Assembly: GCF_001194135.2 (NCBI RefSeq)
Contig: NC_068981.1
Coordinates: 123,337,438-123,401,437 of the forward strand
DNA from: Octopus bimaculoides
Taxonomy: Eukaryota
Length of the DNA stretch: 64,000 nucleotides
Direction: 5' to 3'
The notes below the pieces were generated by a model, which saw only the letters and a program-made list of their open reading frames with translations, was not told the DNA's origin and made no database searches. The position numbers and the translations under genes are program-made. Below, in pieces: positions 13,531 to 26,563 of this stretch (positions within the stretch are counted from its first letter, which is position 1; each line of letters begins with the position of its first letter).

Positions 13531-14429
13531 AATATGATCAGACCATGTTTATATCACCGATTACCTAAGTTTCAATCAATTCTCTCCATATTTGTTCTGT
13601 AGCTTTCGGCTGTTTGCTAGATTCAAGAGGTCCATGATGTACTACTTACCTTAAAATATACAAATGATATTTATCATTTAGGTAATCAGATTGAAACGAC
13701 ATTGTAGCAATGTAAACTCCCTAGATATAAGCAGCTCATAATTTTTAATTCTATGGTTACTATCTCTAACAAGGTAATTGACAATATAGAGACTTTCTTT
13801 CTAGTTTGTTAGCTGTTTCAAAATACTAGGACAAATTGTGATTCAGAAGTATACATTTCAATCACGTGTATCTAAGTCCGATTGGCATGACATGTTTAAC
13901 GACCACGAGCATCATTCAACCAGACCTTTGTCGTTTTAGAAGATAAACATTGCGTACAGACTAAGATGTCAGACTAAGATGCAATTTGCATTCTTCTGGG
14001 TATTTTGGATTTTCTAATCACTATTTCCCATATATATATCATAATGCAGAAATTTCCTTATTAATTAGGTATGAAACAGTGACTAGAAGTACTAAAAGAA
14101 AGCAATTATTAAAGGCTTGACCGTTTGAAAATATTTTTATAAATTCATGTTCTAAGAAATTTCCTATAATTTCCATTTTTGAAGTTATTCAATTTTTGAA
14201 CTCCAATTTTTCGCAAATTTAAATATTCATTGCATTCACTGAATCCAATTTCTCACAAATTTAAATATTTTTTGTTTCCACTGCAGAGCAGATTTTATTG
14301 TTATTGTTTAATAATAACCAATATTAATTCGTTACGAGCGATATTTTCCGTTTTCATTTACAACAGTCTCTCACTCTTTCTCACCTCTATTTGCATTAAT
14401 GATAATTCATATATAACTGCATAACGTTG

Positions 14430-15360
14430 ATTCGAGGCACAATTTCAAGAATATTATCAGTTTCTGGAGATTGCTAAATGAATATATCTTTTATAATATG
14501 AAAATGTTCTAATGTACCGGTATAATTTTTAAGTGATATTTTCTAATATGCCGGTATAATTTTTTAAGTTGAATGAATGCATGCTCTTGGACAAAATAGC
14601 TGTATATCTTTGATACGAGGCACAATTTACAGAATATCATCAATTTCCGCAGTTTGTTAAATGAATATTTTTGATAAAAGGATAATTATTTTAATATACC
14701 GGCATGAGTTTTTTAAATTAAGAAGTAATCTTCAAAATATAGCTCTTTGGAACGCCATAAGTCTTACAATAATAACTACCCGGACCGATTTTGGCCATTT
14801 TTTTTTTAAACTTAAAAACCATGTTAGGAACCATTTTGGTAAAAGAAAAATGTAAGTATTTTCAGAGGAAAATTTGAACAATTCAAGGGAGTTTTGGCTG
14901 TTTTTTAATATACCAGTATAATTTTTGTAAAAGAAAAAGAAGTGGTTTTGTTGTTATGACTGTTTGGAACGCTGTAAGACTCACAATAATGACTGTCCGG
15001 AACGATTGTAGTAATTTTCTTTTTAATTAAAAATCATGGGAGGAGCATTTTCGGTAGCAAAAGAGAATAATTAAAAGAAATGTTCAGAGGAAAAAAATTA
15101 AGAGGAAACATTCAATGGAGTTTTGGCTGTTTTTTAATTTACCAGCATAATTTTGATGGAAAAAAAGAAGTGATTTCATTCTTATGGCTGTTTGGAATGC
15201 TATACACCTCGCAATAATAACTATCCGGTCCGATTTTGGCCATTATTTAAATTAAGAACCATGGGAGGAGCCTTTTCTGTAACAAAAAACAAAATTGTAA
15301 ATATTTTCTGAGGAATAGGTGAACAATTCAAAGAAGTTAAGGAAATTTTGGCTGTTGTTT
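14430..15360. repeat. Degenerate tandem array: two ~180-bp units followed by about three ~220-bp units
   Basis: CGAGGCACAATTT..AGAATAT at about 14433 and 14615. The anchor AATAAT(A/G)ACT..CCGG..CGATT recurs at about 14768, 14985 and 15213, and TTTTGGCTGTT at about 14893, 15121 and 15346. Confidence 0.75.
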
Positions 15361-15879
15361 CCAGCAAAACCAAATCTCCCTCCGTTTTCACTCTCACGTG
15401 TATTGATGCTTTTTCAATATTTTTCTCCTATTAAACACATTTTATCGAATGATGATGTTTGAGTGATACACGCGTGGTCCACTGGTGGGATATAAGCAAC
15501 AAAAACATAGTAATCTTTATTTTTACCCACACTTCAGTCAATCGAAGCCGTGTGTGTGTGTAAGGAACATTTTCTAACAGAAAAGTATGCTATTCAAATG
15601 AATTATCGTTTACATAATTCTATCTTTAAATCACAGTGGATAAATATCAACAATTACCTTCTCAGGTTCTCCAATATTTTAATTTATAAACAGAAACAAT
15701 CGGTCCGGAGTGGGATGATGTGGGAGAGGGGAGTTAAAATATTTTTCAAAAGTTTTTCTTATACAAAGTTGACCTCCGCTCCATCATTTGGAAGTCTATG
15801 GTTTAAAGAAAAGTGGGTAAAATCCCTGTCAAAACAGAGTAGTTTTAACTTATTCAGACTTCCTGATCCGAAACTCCTC

Positions 15880-16155
15880 TCCCCACCTGTCGGGAAAATT
15901 TTGCCTACAACTTTCTTTATAATCGTAATCTATGCTCTTTATAAACTTTCATTAAAAGATACCCATTTCCTGGAAGTTATGAGGGAAAAGTCGGATCGCA
16001 TGAATTTTCCCAAACTCCTCTCTCCAACATCTCGGAATAATTCTTTCCCATAAATCCCTATATGTTCTGAAGCCAAAACATCTAACTGGTATTTGTAGAA
16101 AATTTCATTAAAAAGTATCCATTTTCTGGATGTTATGAGGTAACAAAGTCGGGGG
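15880..16155. repeat. Interspersed repeat fragment with an internal ~150-bp-period duplication
   Basis: TTTCATTAAAA.....CCATTT.CTGGA.GTTATGAGG...AAAGTCGG occurs at about 15945-15993 and 16102-16151. Confidence 0.5.
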
Positions 16156-17216
16156 CATCTATAGTTGTGCCCTTTTATTTCTACAATTTTTCATTTCATA
16201 TTTATTTCATCCATTGTTTGCAATGTTCTCTCTCCCTCAATCTCTCTTACACACGCAACAAAGCTTACAGATGGGTTGCTGAATTGAAATCTCTATGTTA
16301 CTTTGAGAGGAAAGTAAAACTTAACAAACTGCTTCCCCTTCCGTAGTTGGACTAGCTTGATGTTTGTTTAAAAAACAGAGATTATGACTGTGATAAAATA
16401 ATGAAAGCAATATTTACTGACAAAATGAGCACTATTATACAAAGAAATAATTAGATGTAAAATATCATAAAAAATATTAGAATTAGGAATCAAAAGAATT
16501 GGGAAAATATTATCAAATGGCTAACAGAAAACCGCCCGCTGGATGGTCTTTCTACTAGTATACATATAACGTTAATATATATATATATATATGTATATAT
16601 AAATTTAAAGAATGGAGTAAACGCATGTTATAACTGCATACTTTTATATATATATATGTCAGTATTTTCTTTTTATCGTGAACATATTTGTATATATTAG
16701 GGAAGCAGAGTTAATATTTAATCACCCAACATTAATCCGGTGTATATCTGTGTTGCTTTCGAATAAAGGGGCATATCACTTTTGAAAGATTTCCTTCGAT
16801 CACCCTCAACCTCGCATCCTCCGCATCTTGGAATAGTGGAATTCAAATTCATACATTTATATGGCATCTTTATTCCTAATGCGTTTTACAACTGCTTAAA
16901 CATAAAAAAAATATATTATAGTTTGCCACAAAAACATTTACTGATATTCTGAATTTCGCAATAGCTACTTCGAAACTAGGTTTTATCGTAGAGTATGGTT
17001 TTACATGTTGCGTCTAATGATAATACTGTATATTCTTACTTGGTTATAAGTTAGAGCATTTCGAAAGTAGACAGTTAACGATTGCAATGAGTGTGATCGA
17101 AATCTATGAAGTATAAAAAGTGCAGGTATATCATAGATATCATTGCATTGCAAGACGCGCAGATTTTTATGTGTATATATACACGAAAGTGTTATACACA
17201 CACACATACATATATA

Positions 17217-17252
<36 letters not shown>

Positions 17253-17467
17253 TACATGAAATACAAGCGCATATTTTACAACTATATATTAGGTATGCAC
17301 TTTTTCATATGCGGTTCGACTGACATGCATTATGAATGGCAGGGATATGGGATAAGTTTAAATTTTTCATTGCAAGTTATGCTTTGGCACGCTTAGTTTA
17401 TAGATAAATATGCTAACTATTCAGCCGGTAATCTCGAAATCGAGAAAGAAAAAGGAAAAAAGCTAAT

Positions 17468-17618
17468 ATGTCTATGTATGTATGTATGTATGTATGTATG
17501 TATATATGTATGCATGCATGTATGCATGTGTGTATGTATTTATGTATGTATGTATGTATGTATGTATGCATGTATGTATGCATATATGTATGTATGTATG
17601 TATGTTTGTATGTATGTA
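17468..17618. repeat. (TATG)n microsatellite
   Basis: Read directly. Confidence 0.95.
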
Positions 17619-18229
17619 AGAATCTACGAGGTGATGCGCATATGTGTGAATTAGAAACATTAGTATTACATATCTACTGCGAGCTGATATCGGCAAAATA
17701 ATGTTCGGGGCGGTGAGTTCAAAACACTCCACCTAATTATGTCTATTATAATTTCATATAAACATTAAGCAGAATACCCAGCATTGAGCACATTTATATT
17801 TGTTACACAATGTATTTGCCATTCGTTGAAATAATGTTCCTGATATGTGAAAGTGTAACACATTCAGCAACGCTAAGAATTCATTCTTCAACAATGGTTA
17901 ATTTCCCCGTTCCGGTGTACATATTCATATGTGATTCCGTATTTCACACTGAAGAGAAGGAAATATTCTGATGTCTTCGCAAATTATTAATGGAATGTGA
18001 CATGTATTCTAGTGTATTTTTCGATAACCACCAATCATAACGAACTCTTAAAATAACAAATCTCATTGTTTCCGAAGACATTTGCCTACATACCGTTTGT
18101 TTGCTATCTTTCGTTAATCATTTGAATAATCAGCAACTTGAAATCTAGTTGTAGTATTCAAGGAAGTGCAGTTTCTAACGCAATGTACTCTTATTGTTAT
18201 AACTAATACAGATGACATTAATTATCAGG

Positions 18230-18750
18230 GATGTTGTCTTCTGGTTTGTTAACAAGTCACTTCAAATCTCAAGTTTCCGTCGTAGTACTTTTGCAGAAAA
18301 TATATCTGAACTTTCCTGTGGTTCGAGAGTGCAAGTTTAAAATCCATTCTCTAAGGTAGTGATTTAATCGTTGTGATAATTGTCCCAGTTACCACTGGAA
18401 CAAATGTCGCTTTAGTTTACGATATCTTCATCTCTCTTTATAAGTCCTTATACTTCTCATTTTTTGCAATTTCTATCGTATCTACTCTGTTATCAAACGG
18501 ACTTGCAAATAAATAGTCAGCACTAAAAAGAAACACCTTACAAACAATATTTTTTTATAACCAGGCGTAAGCTGATCTTTTTCTATACCATAGAGAGTTG
18601 TTTACGGTTGCCTATACAAACAGTGTGTGAGCTGTACTAGTTTACTCACGCATTGTGATTTCATCAGAGACAGATTATTTTGTTTAACTGTCTAAAACGT
18701 CACTGTTTATAGATCCATATTACTAAAAGCTTAAATAACTCAGGTAAACC
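18230..18750 (-). mobile_element. Highly decayed Dong/R4-clade retrotransposon C-terminus (RLE domain)
   Basis: Manual minus translation gives SQCVSKLVQ (zinc-knuckle end) then PFDNRVDTIEIAKNEKYKDL*REMK...FVPVVTG, resembling the R4-clade PFD..EK..KY.DL...VPVVIG C-terminus. Confidence 0.55.
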
Positions 18751-19488
18751 AATTTAAATAAATAAGACATTCTTCGTAGTTAATTCCATTAATATATCAC
18801 CACTGTGTTAACAGTATTCTTTTCCAAAACTATTGTACACTACATACTATATTTACTAATTTTAGTTAAGTCTCTGAGTACCAGACAGATGTAAACGCAT
18901 TGACATTATATGATCTGTCTTCATGGGCAAATAAAATGAAATCAATCGTAATAGTTTCAATCCTCGGCTGGGATGTTATTCCAGAGCTAGGCAATCATTC
19001 TGTAACTCATTACAATAGTGTACATAAAGTCTATGCGTGTATATTTCTCTATTGCATATATTGTTAGATACAGCGGTAGAATTATTATGTTGAACAGTAC
19101 AACTTCTTTGAAACAAACGCTATTAATGCACCATTAATTTATTAAACAAAAAATGTCCACATATGCCCAGATGAATATAAGTATCATTTTCAAAGTAGAA
19201 CAGTATTTTTCAGAATACATTTCTTCTTTGTCCTGAAATGTGGAAACCGCCTGATTAGTACCCAATCCGTCACGGAGAAAAACCAGGTAACATTGGTTAT
19301 ATAATGAGATTTTAAGCAGTAGCTAGAAGCATCAACCAAATATTGGCAAAAATGCATGCTGTTGATTATACATATTTTGATATAGGTGTCCTCGTTATAC
19401 GATTGGTGGAAATATAAAGTGACTTTTAAGGATGAACGCCATTGTTACTTGTAACAATTGCAACTATTCACAAATGCAATGTGATTTG

Positions 19489-19524
19489 AATAATAATAAC
19501 AATAATAACAACAACAACAACAAC

Positions 19525-19590
<66 letters not shown>
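19489..19590. repeat. (AAT)/(AAC)n microsatellite
   Basis: Read directly. Confidence 0.95.
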
Positions 19591-19591
<1 letters not shown>

Positions 19592-19870
19592 GACTCAGAG
19601 GTTACACATGCCTATCCAGGGCAGGGTTGGCACCAATTTCCAGCTATACTCACATGGACAGCCGCATAGAAAATTGCACTGTTTCATCAGGACTTCCTCA
19701 GTGATGCTAGTTGTAATTTAAAAGAGAAGTAACTACTCTTTCTATCATGCAGAACGACTTTCCAGAGAGTCCATTGTAATCTTGTAATCTTCTTCGGTGA
19801 ACAGGCTGAGCGTATGAAGGCTAAGATATTTGCCGTCGTCCTTATTTCTGTAACCACGATAACTGTTTTT
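19591..19870 (-). mobile_element. Possible Penelope-like 3' end (GIY-YIG tail plus pLTR remnant)
   Basis: Weak minus-strand peptides HTLSLFTEEDYKI and KSFCMIERVVTSLLN* resemble GIY-YIG C-termini. They are followed by a CTGAGGAAG...GAAAC motif at about 19678-19703. Confidence 0.3.
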
Positions 19871-20536
19871 TTTTTTTCAATATTGTTTTTTGTCACTAGC
19901 TATGCAATATTCTCTAACCATGGGTTCCGAGCGGGTGGTAGATTCTAGTTACTTCCTGTGTTTCTGATGCTCTTGTATTAGTTGTTGCTGTCTTTTATCT
20001 CTTTGCTGGGAAGCCTTCTTCAGTCTTGTATCACCGTTGTCAATTGCTGCCTTTATTGCTGTATCTACATGTAATAGCAGGTGTGGTGGCAGCAACAGCA
20101 ACAGTAGTAGGGGTGGGGGTAGTGGTAGTACTGGTAGTTGGGTCTCAGATTCCAGTGCTATCAGAATATTAGTAATTGTAGTATTAGCAGCTGCTGCATA
20201 TTATTTTTTTTTTTTTATTATTATCATTATCACCATCACCACCACTACTATTGTTATCATTATTACTATTTCCATTTATCATTAAAAGGGTTTATTAAAT
20301 GTTCTTTATTTTCAACTTTTGTCTTGTACTTGAGGCAATCATAAATATATGGTCGTTGAAGGAAACAGCTGGGAGAAGAGTAGCAGCTTGGTGAATAGAT
20401 CAAATTCTACAGGTCTATAAATAGATTCAGCAGATGGTGAGGAGGTTAGCAAAAGAAGACAAAAGAATCTTCGCACCCTTTGGATCAGCAGAGGTCAAAT
20501 GTGTTTACTACTACCAGCGACCAATGAGAGCGCTAG

Positions 20537-21209
20537 TTGAGCTGATGACATGGGACTCATTCTTGTTAGTTGTGCAGAACTTTCTTGGAAATCATAGAGT
20601 TGAAAATTATGCTGATATAATAAATGACATGCTGACAGCACATGAAAGAACGGGATGCCGAATGTCCCTTAAAATACAATTCTTGCATTCTCATCTCGTT
20701 CTTTCCAACAAATCTTGGTGCCTTAGTGATAACTATGAGGAGAGGTTCCACCAGGACATATCTGAGATGGAAACGAGGTAGCAAGGCCGGTACAATCCAT
20801 ACATGATGGGTGACTACTACTAGTTCCTACAACGGGAGAGCAGCACGATGCATAAGTGCAAGAACACTTGTTTCAAACATTTCTGAGTTGAGCATATCAA
20901 AAATAAAATGAGTATTCCCTTAACATAAATATACTATGTACCATTATATTATAATACTATTTGCCTCGAACATAAATTTACTATTTACGGTACTAATATA
21001 TATTATAATGACTGTCTACCCTCAACTTAACTATTCCTGATTCTAAAATAATACCAATATATAATCATGCGCATAACTCAAAATCCTGACGTGCAACAGA
21101 AATTCTGAGTTCAGATTCGGAATCAGCGTACTCAATTTAGTTTGGTACAGCATCATTTGTCTGGGTAGCAGACAATAAATCTTTTTTTTCTTTTTTTTTT
21201 GGCCCAGTG
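20537..21209 (+). mobile_element. Second Chapaev3-like DNA transposon 3' half
   Basis: ORF text WDSFLLVVQNFLGNHRVENYADIINDMLTAHERTGCRMSLKIQFLHSHL...EERFHQDISEMETR*QGRYNPYMMGDY. The element ends ...GGCCCAGTG at 21209, sharing the CCAGTG terminus of the 4461 copy. Confidence 0.75.
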
Positions 21210-21638
21210 TAGTAACACAGAATACAAAATGAAAATGTCTTTGTAGCTTGAAAAAATATAAATATATAAGTAGATCTTTTTTTGACATTTCAATTCTGTG
21301 GTCTTCTTCGGAAATTTAGTTAGAAGTAGAAATATAGAATTTTGAAAGAAGGAAAGAAGAGTAATGGAAAATATCTTATTTAGTTCTTGTTGAAAATGTC
21401 TCTCCAGCGAAAAGTGAGAACGAATGATGTTACGCGCGTACAAGTGCCACAGGGGGCGTCGCCCTTTGATAATTAGGCAGCTGCGCTTGTGAGTGCGAAG
21501 TAGTAATCTGAACATTCTGAACTTAGCATGTGGGGCTGTACAGCCAAGATATGCGTGTCCCACATATATATGCGCGCGTATACGCATGTAAGCTTTTTGT
21601 TTTTATTATTCATGTGATAAGTTCAGTTTTATTTACTA

Positions 21639-23114
21639 CTAGCAGAAATACCCGGCTTTTCCCGGGTTAAAGAGAATAATGAAATCTAAAAACGCCGTCT
21701 AGACTACGCAACCCTCAACTGTTAGTAGGTACGATACCATATTTCTACATTAATAACTCTCCAATGCATGCCAGCATGGAACATAGACATTAAGTGGAAT
21801 GCCAGTCTCTCATCTAGGAGGGCCTTGAAATCAATGTTACCAACTGGGGACTATGTGTGTTGCAGTGATAATAAAAAGACCCAAAGGAGGTCTGCAACGA
21901 AATAATTTTACTCAACACTTTGCAAGTGAATCAGTGGAGGCAAAGATGCGTCTCATTTACTTGACAATTTATGCACCACATTGCAGAAATCACAATGTAA
22001 GNNNNNNNNNNNNNNNNNNNNNNNNNNNNNNNNNNNNNNNNNNNNNNNNNNNNNNNNNNNNNNNNNNNNNNNNNNNNNNNNNNNNNNNNNNNNNNNNNNN
22101 NNNNNNNNNNNNNNNNNNNNNNNNNNNNNNNNNNNNNNNNNNNNNNNNNNNNNNNNNNNNNNNNNNNNNNNNNNNNNNNNNNNNNNNNNNNNNNNNNNNN
22201 NNNNNNNNNNNNNNNNNNNNNNNNNNNNNNNNNNNNNNNNNNNNNNNNNNNNNNNNNNNNNNNNNNNNNNNNNNNNNNNNNNNNNNNNNNNNNNNNNNNN
22301 NNNNNNNNNNNNNNNNNNNNNNNNNNNNNNNNNNNNNNNNNNNNNNNNNNNNNNNNNNNNNNNNNNNNNNNNNNNNNNNNNNNNNNNNNNNNNNNNNNNN
22401 NNNNNNNNNNNNNNNNNNNNNNNNNNNNNNNNNNNNNNNNNNNNNNNNNNNNNNNNNNNNNNNNNNNNNNNNNNNNNNNNNNNNNNNNNNNNNNNNNNNN
22501 NNNNNNNNNNNNNNNNNNNNNNNNNNNNNNNNNNNNNNNNNNNNNNNNNNNNNNNNNNNNNNNNNNNNNNNNNNNNNNNNNNNNNNNNNNNNNNNNNNNN
22601 NNNNNNNNNNNNNNNNNNNNNNNNNNNNNNNNNNNNNNNNNNNNNNNNNNNNNNNNNNNNNNNNNNNNNNNNNNNNNNNNNNNNNNNNNNNNNNNNNNNN
22701 NNNNNNNNNNNNNNNNNNNNNNNNNNNNNNNNNNNNNNNNNNNNNNNNNNNNNNNNNNNNNNNNNNNNNNNNNNNNNNNNNNNNNNNNNNNNNNNNNNNN
22801 NNNNNNNNNNNNNNNNNNNNNNNNNNNNNNNNNNNNNNNNNNNGAAAGTATCTGTCATTACAGTATCGAAATGTGATTGTTTCATTTAGTAGAATAGTTT
22901 CATTTTTAAAGTGAAAGTATTTGACATGAGTGTTTTTGTTTCACTTTTGACACGTAATACTTAAATAGTGGAGGAGATATTATGTTGCCGTGGGCTCGAA
23001 CTCTGCAAGAAATTAAAAATTTTTTTTGATTAAAACACAACTGGAACCCTAAGTAAGGCATCTGTAAAATTTGAATGAAATTGGTTGCGTAGTTCTCGAG
23101 TTTTAGGGATTCAC

Positions 23115-23145
<31 letters not shown>

Positions 23146-23171
23146 CACATTCTCATTTTTATATATATAGA
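21639..23171 (-). mobile_element. Non-autonomous Helitron with both termini (contains an 842-N gap)
   Basis: On the minus strand the 5' end is A|TCTATATATATAAAAATGAGAATGTGTGTCTG and the 3' end is CCCGG-GAAAAG-CCGGG (hairpin)-TATTTCTG-CTAG|T. Insertion between A and T with no TSD is the canonical Helitron signature. Confidence 0.8.
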
Positions 23172-24248
23172 TTATCGTGGACATAGTGTATATAGCGTGT
23201 CTGCGTGGGCATCTGTATATACCAGGATACTATTTTGTGAGTTTATATATTAATATAAAGTTTATTTATATATCAAAGTAAACAAATTTATCTTAATTGT
23301 TATGCAGAATTACATTATTTCGAGTATAAATATATTTATTAAATACTTATTGTTGGATGTATACTTATATTATACTTGTTCTTTATATATAATTATTTAT
23401 GATTAGTTTTATTATAGACACTATGATGTATAACTATATTTGTTAATTTAATAATCTTTGTTTACAGTAAATCTTTGTTTACAGCAAATCTTTTATAATA
23501 ATATGAGTAATTAGGAAATTTCTAATAAAATATTTTTAAGATTGATTTCTTATATAATTATTTAGATAATTGCGTAAATACTAGTTGAATATTGCATTTA
23601 GATGAGTGGGTGTGGTGTAGTATCATTATGGTGACTTGTGCTGTGTGTTTATGTTATAGCTGTGAATGTATGTTCCATTTTTGCGTGTACGACTGGATTA
23701 ATAGTTTCGTATCTGCTGGCGTTGTGGAGAGTTAAATAGAGTATACGTTAGTCTCAAGTGCGTGTCAGTATGTATTTTGGTAAAAAGAAAAACATAATAT
23801 TTTTGTGAGTGCACGTATAGTTATATGTGTATTTGGGTTCATGTGGGCATGTATGAGTATGAATAAGTTTTTTTAATTCTGTTAGCTGATGATGAGTCTG
23901 CTACAGAAACAGCGTGTAGTTTATGAATCCAAGAGGAGGGAAAGCTTAAAAACTGAAGATGACATCTAGTTCTCTTTGGGAATCATGCCTAGTGCTACTC
24001 CGAATGCGGTGTAACACATGGTGGAGTGATCTTCAGGCAGGAAACTGTCAGCAATGATATAGTTATTTCAAAGATAGGTCTACATATGTGTCGGAAAAAG
24101 CGGTTAGACGTGCGTCATCCGTTTTATTCAACATATATGAAGTTACTGTAAAATCTTTCTATGCAGTAAATCTTATTGAGTGGGAAAGATGCAAACGAAA
24201 AAGTCGGTTAATTTATATAAATGTATGGGTGGGTGCATTCTTTTTGTG

Positions 24249-24249
<1 letters not shown>

Positions 24250-24284
<35 letters not shown>

Positions 24285-24299
24285 AAGAGCGTCAGAGAA

Positions 24300-24333
<34 letters not shown>

Positions 24334-24404
24334 GGACAGACGGAAGGACAGACGGGCGGACAGACGGGCGGACAGACGGGCGGACAGACGGGCGGACAGA
24401 CGGG
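24250..24404. repeat. Compound (GATA)n/(GACA)n grading into a GC-rich 12-mer (CAGACGGGCGGA)n
   Basis: Read directly; runs into the gap at 24405. Confidence 0.9.
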
Positions 24405-25325
24405 NNNNNNNNNNNNNNNNNNNNNNNNNNNNNNNNNNNNNNNNNNNNNNNNNNNNNNNNNNNNNNNNNNNNNNNNNNNNNNNNNNNNNNNNNNNNNNNN
24501 NNNNNNNNNNNNNNNNNNNNNNNNNNNNNNNNNNNNNNNNNNNNNNNNNNNNNNNNNNNNNNNNNNNNNNNNNNNNNNNNNNNNNNNNNNNNNNNNNNNN
24601 NNNNNNNNNNNNNNNNNNNNNNNNNNNNNNNNNNNNNNNNNNNNNNNNNNNNNNNNNNNNNNNNNNNNNNNNNNNNNNNNNNNNNNNNNNNNNNNNNNNN
24701 NNNNNNNNNNNNNNNNNNNNNNNNNNNNNNNNNNNNNNNNNNNNNNNNNNNNNNNNNNNNNNNNNNNNNNNNNNNNNNNNNNNNNNNNNNNNNNNNNNNN
24801 NNNNNNNNNNNNNNNNNNNNNNNNNNNNNNNNNNNNNNNNNNNNNNNNNNNNNNNNNNNNNNNNNNNNNNNNNNNNNNNNNNNNNNNNNNNNNNNNNNNN
24901 NNNNNNNNNNNNNNNNNNNNNNNNNNNNNNNNNNNNNNNNNNNNNNNNNNNNNNNNNNNNNNNNNNNNNNNNNNNNNNNNNNNNNNNNNNNNNNNNNNNN
25001 NNNNNNNNNNNNNNNNNNNNNNNNNNNNNNNNNNNNNNNNNNNNNNNNNNNNNNNNNNNNNNNNNNNNNNNNNNNNNNNNNNNNNNNNNNNNNNNNNNNN
25101 NNNNNNNNNNNNNNNNNNNNNNNNNNNNNNNNNNNNNNNNNNNNNNNNNNNNNNNNNNNNNNNNNNNNNNNNNNNNNNNNNNNNNNNNNNNNNNNNNNNN
25201 NNNNNNNNNNNNNNNNNNNNNNNNNNNNNNNNNNNNNNNNNNNNNNNNNNNNNNNNNNNNNNNNNNNNNNNNNNNNNNNNNNNNNNNNNNNNGGAGGAGG
25301 AGGAGGAGGAGGAGCAGTAGTAGTA

Positions 25326-25515
25326 GTGTGTCTGTGTTTGTCTGAGCAACATTGCTTGACAACCGATACTGGTGTGCTTATGTCCCCGTAACTTAGTGGT
25401 TTGGTAATAGAATAAGTAAAAGCTTACAAAGAATAAGTTCTGACATCGATTTGCTCGGCTAAAGGCGGTGCTCCAGCATGACCGCAGTCAAATGACTAGA
25501 ACAAATAAAAGAAAG
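25326..25515 (+). mobile_element. SINE family B, 3' portion
   Basis: CTTGACAACCGATACTGGTGTG...CCCCGTAACTTAG...GGCTAAAGGCGGTGCTCCAGCATGACCGCAGTCAAATGAC, the reverse complement of 4840-5010. Confidence 0.8.
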
Positions 25516-25625
25516 AAGAGAATGAAACGAATATATATATATGTATGTATGTATATGTATATGGAAACGTGAGTTGTGTGCTTGTACGTACATATGTGTG
25601 CGTTGCGTGTGGCTGTTTGAGCGCG

Positions 25626-25666
<41 letters not shown>

Positions 25667-26485
25667 CAAAAGAAGCGAAACGAGTCATTCGAGGGAATCA
25701 ATGGATGTACTTGCATGTCATTCTATAGTTTACTTCCACCTTCAATCTCAAATATATATCCGACTATTAGCGCGTCTATAAAGTCTTTCATATATAAAAC
25801 TAAGCTACGTTAGAAGTTCATGATATCATCTATGATTTTCCAATGTATAAATCAATATATTTTCGCACGTGCGTTGCAGACCATAAACTGTTCTTTAAAC
25901 CTGTCTTGAGTAGAACAGAAGACCTGATCTTGAATGCTGACGGTACCTTAGAGAAATAGCATAATGTTGTTATTCTTCCTAGCATATTAGTTCATTATTA
26001 CCTGCTTTCTTCAGAACCTTAGCTATTAAAAAAGGAACATGTATCCTAAGTGAGGAAAGGTGCTTTGATAATGGCTAATTATATTATTGCATATCATTGA
26101 ACGTTTGAAGATAACATGAAAATATATACAATTTATTCATTAGAGATAGTGTTTCGTCCTAATCTAATAGCAATTGCTGAGAACGCTGTCGGAAGTGATG
26201 TAAATTCTGAGAAAAAAATGTCATTGAAGAAGGCCTTCATAAAGTGTCCTCATACATGCCTCAAATCTCCTCGCAAAAACAATATCAAAATAACCCATTT
26301 TTCACTTCTTGAACATATCGGTTCTTTATGTTGGCACAAAGGAAATGAATATCCAATAATTATATATGCTAGTAGTAAAAACAACTCGACCAAATTTGGT
26401 AGCTATTTTCTATGAAAAGCTGTGTACCATTTCTGGAACCTTGTGTCCACAAAGGCCATGGAGGATGTATGATATTGGTTAAAAG

Positions 26486-26489
26486 AGAA

Positions 26490-26544
<55 letters not shown>

Positions 26545-26563
26545 GAGAGAGAGAGAGAGAGAG
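26486..26563. repeat. (GA)n microsatellite
   Basis: Read directly. Confidence 0.95.

Noticed and set aside
19675-19705. CTGAGGAAG...GAAAC on the minus strand as a functional hammerhead
   Set aside because: Stem II and stem I cannot be paired and the position-17 base would be G; at most a decayed relic.
23884-23925. CTGATGA...GAAAC...GTA as a hammerhead
   Set aside because: No consistent stem I or stem II; better explained as a chance match or coding sequence.
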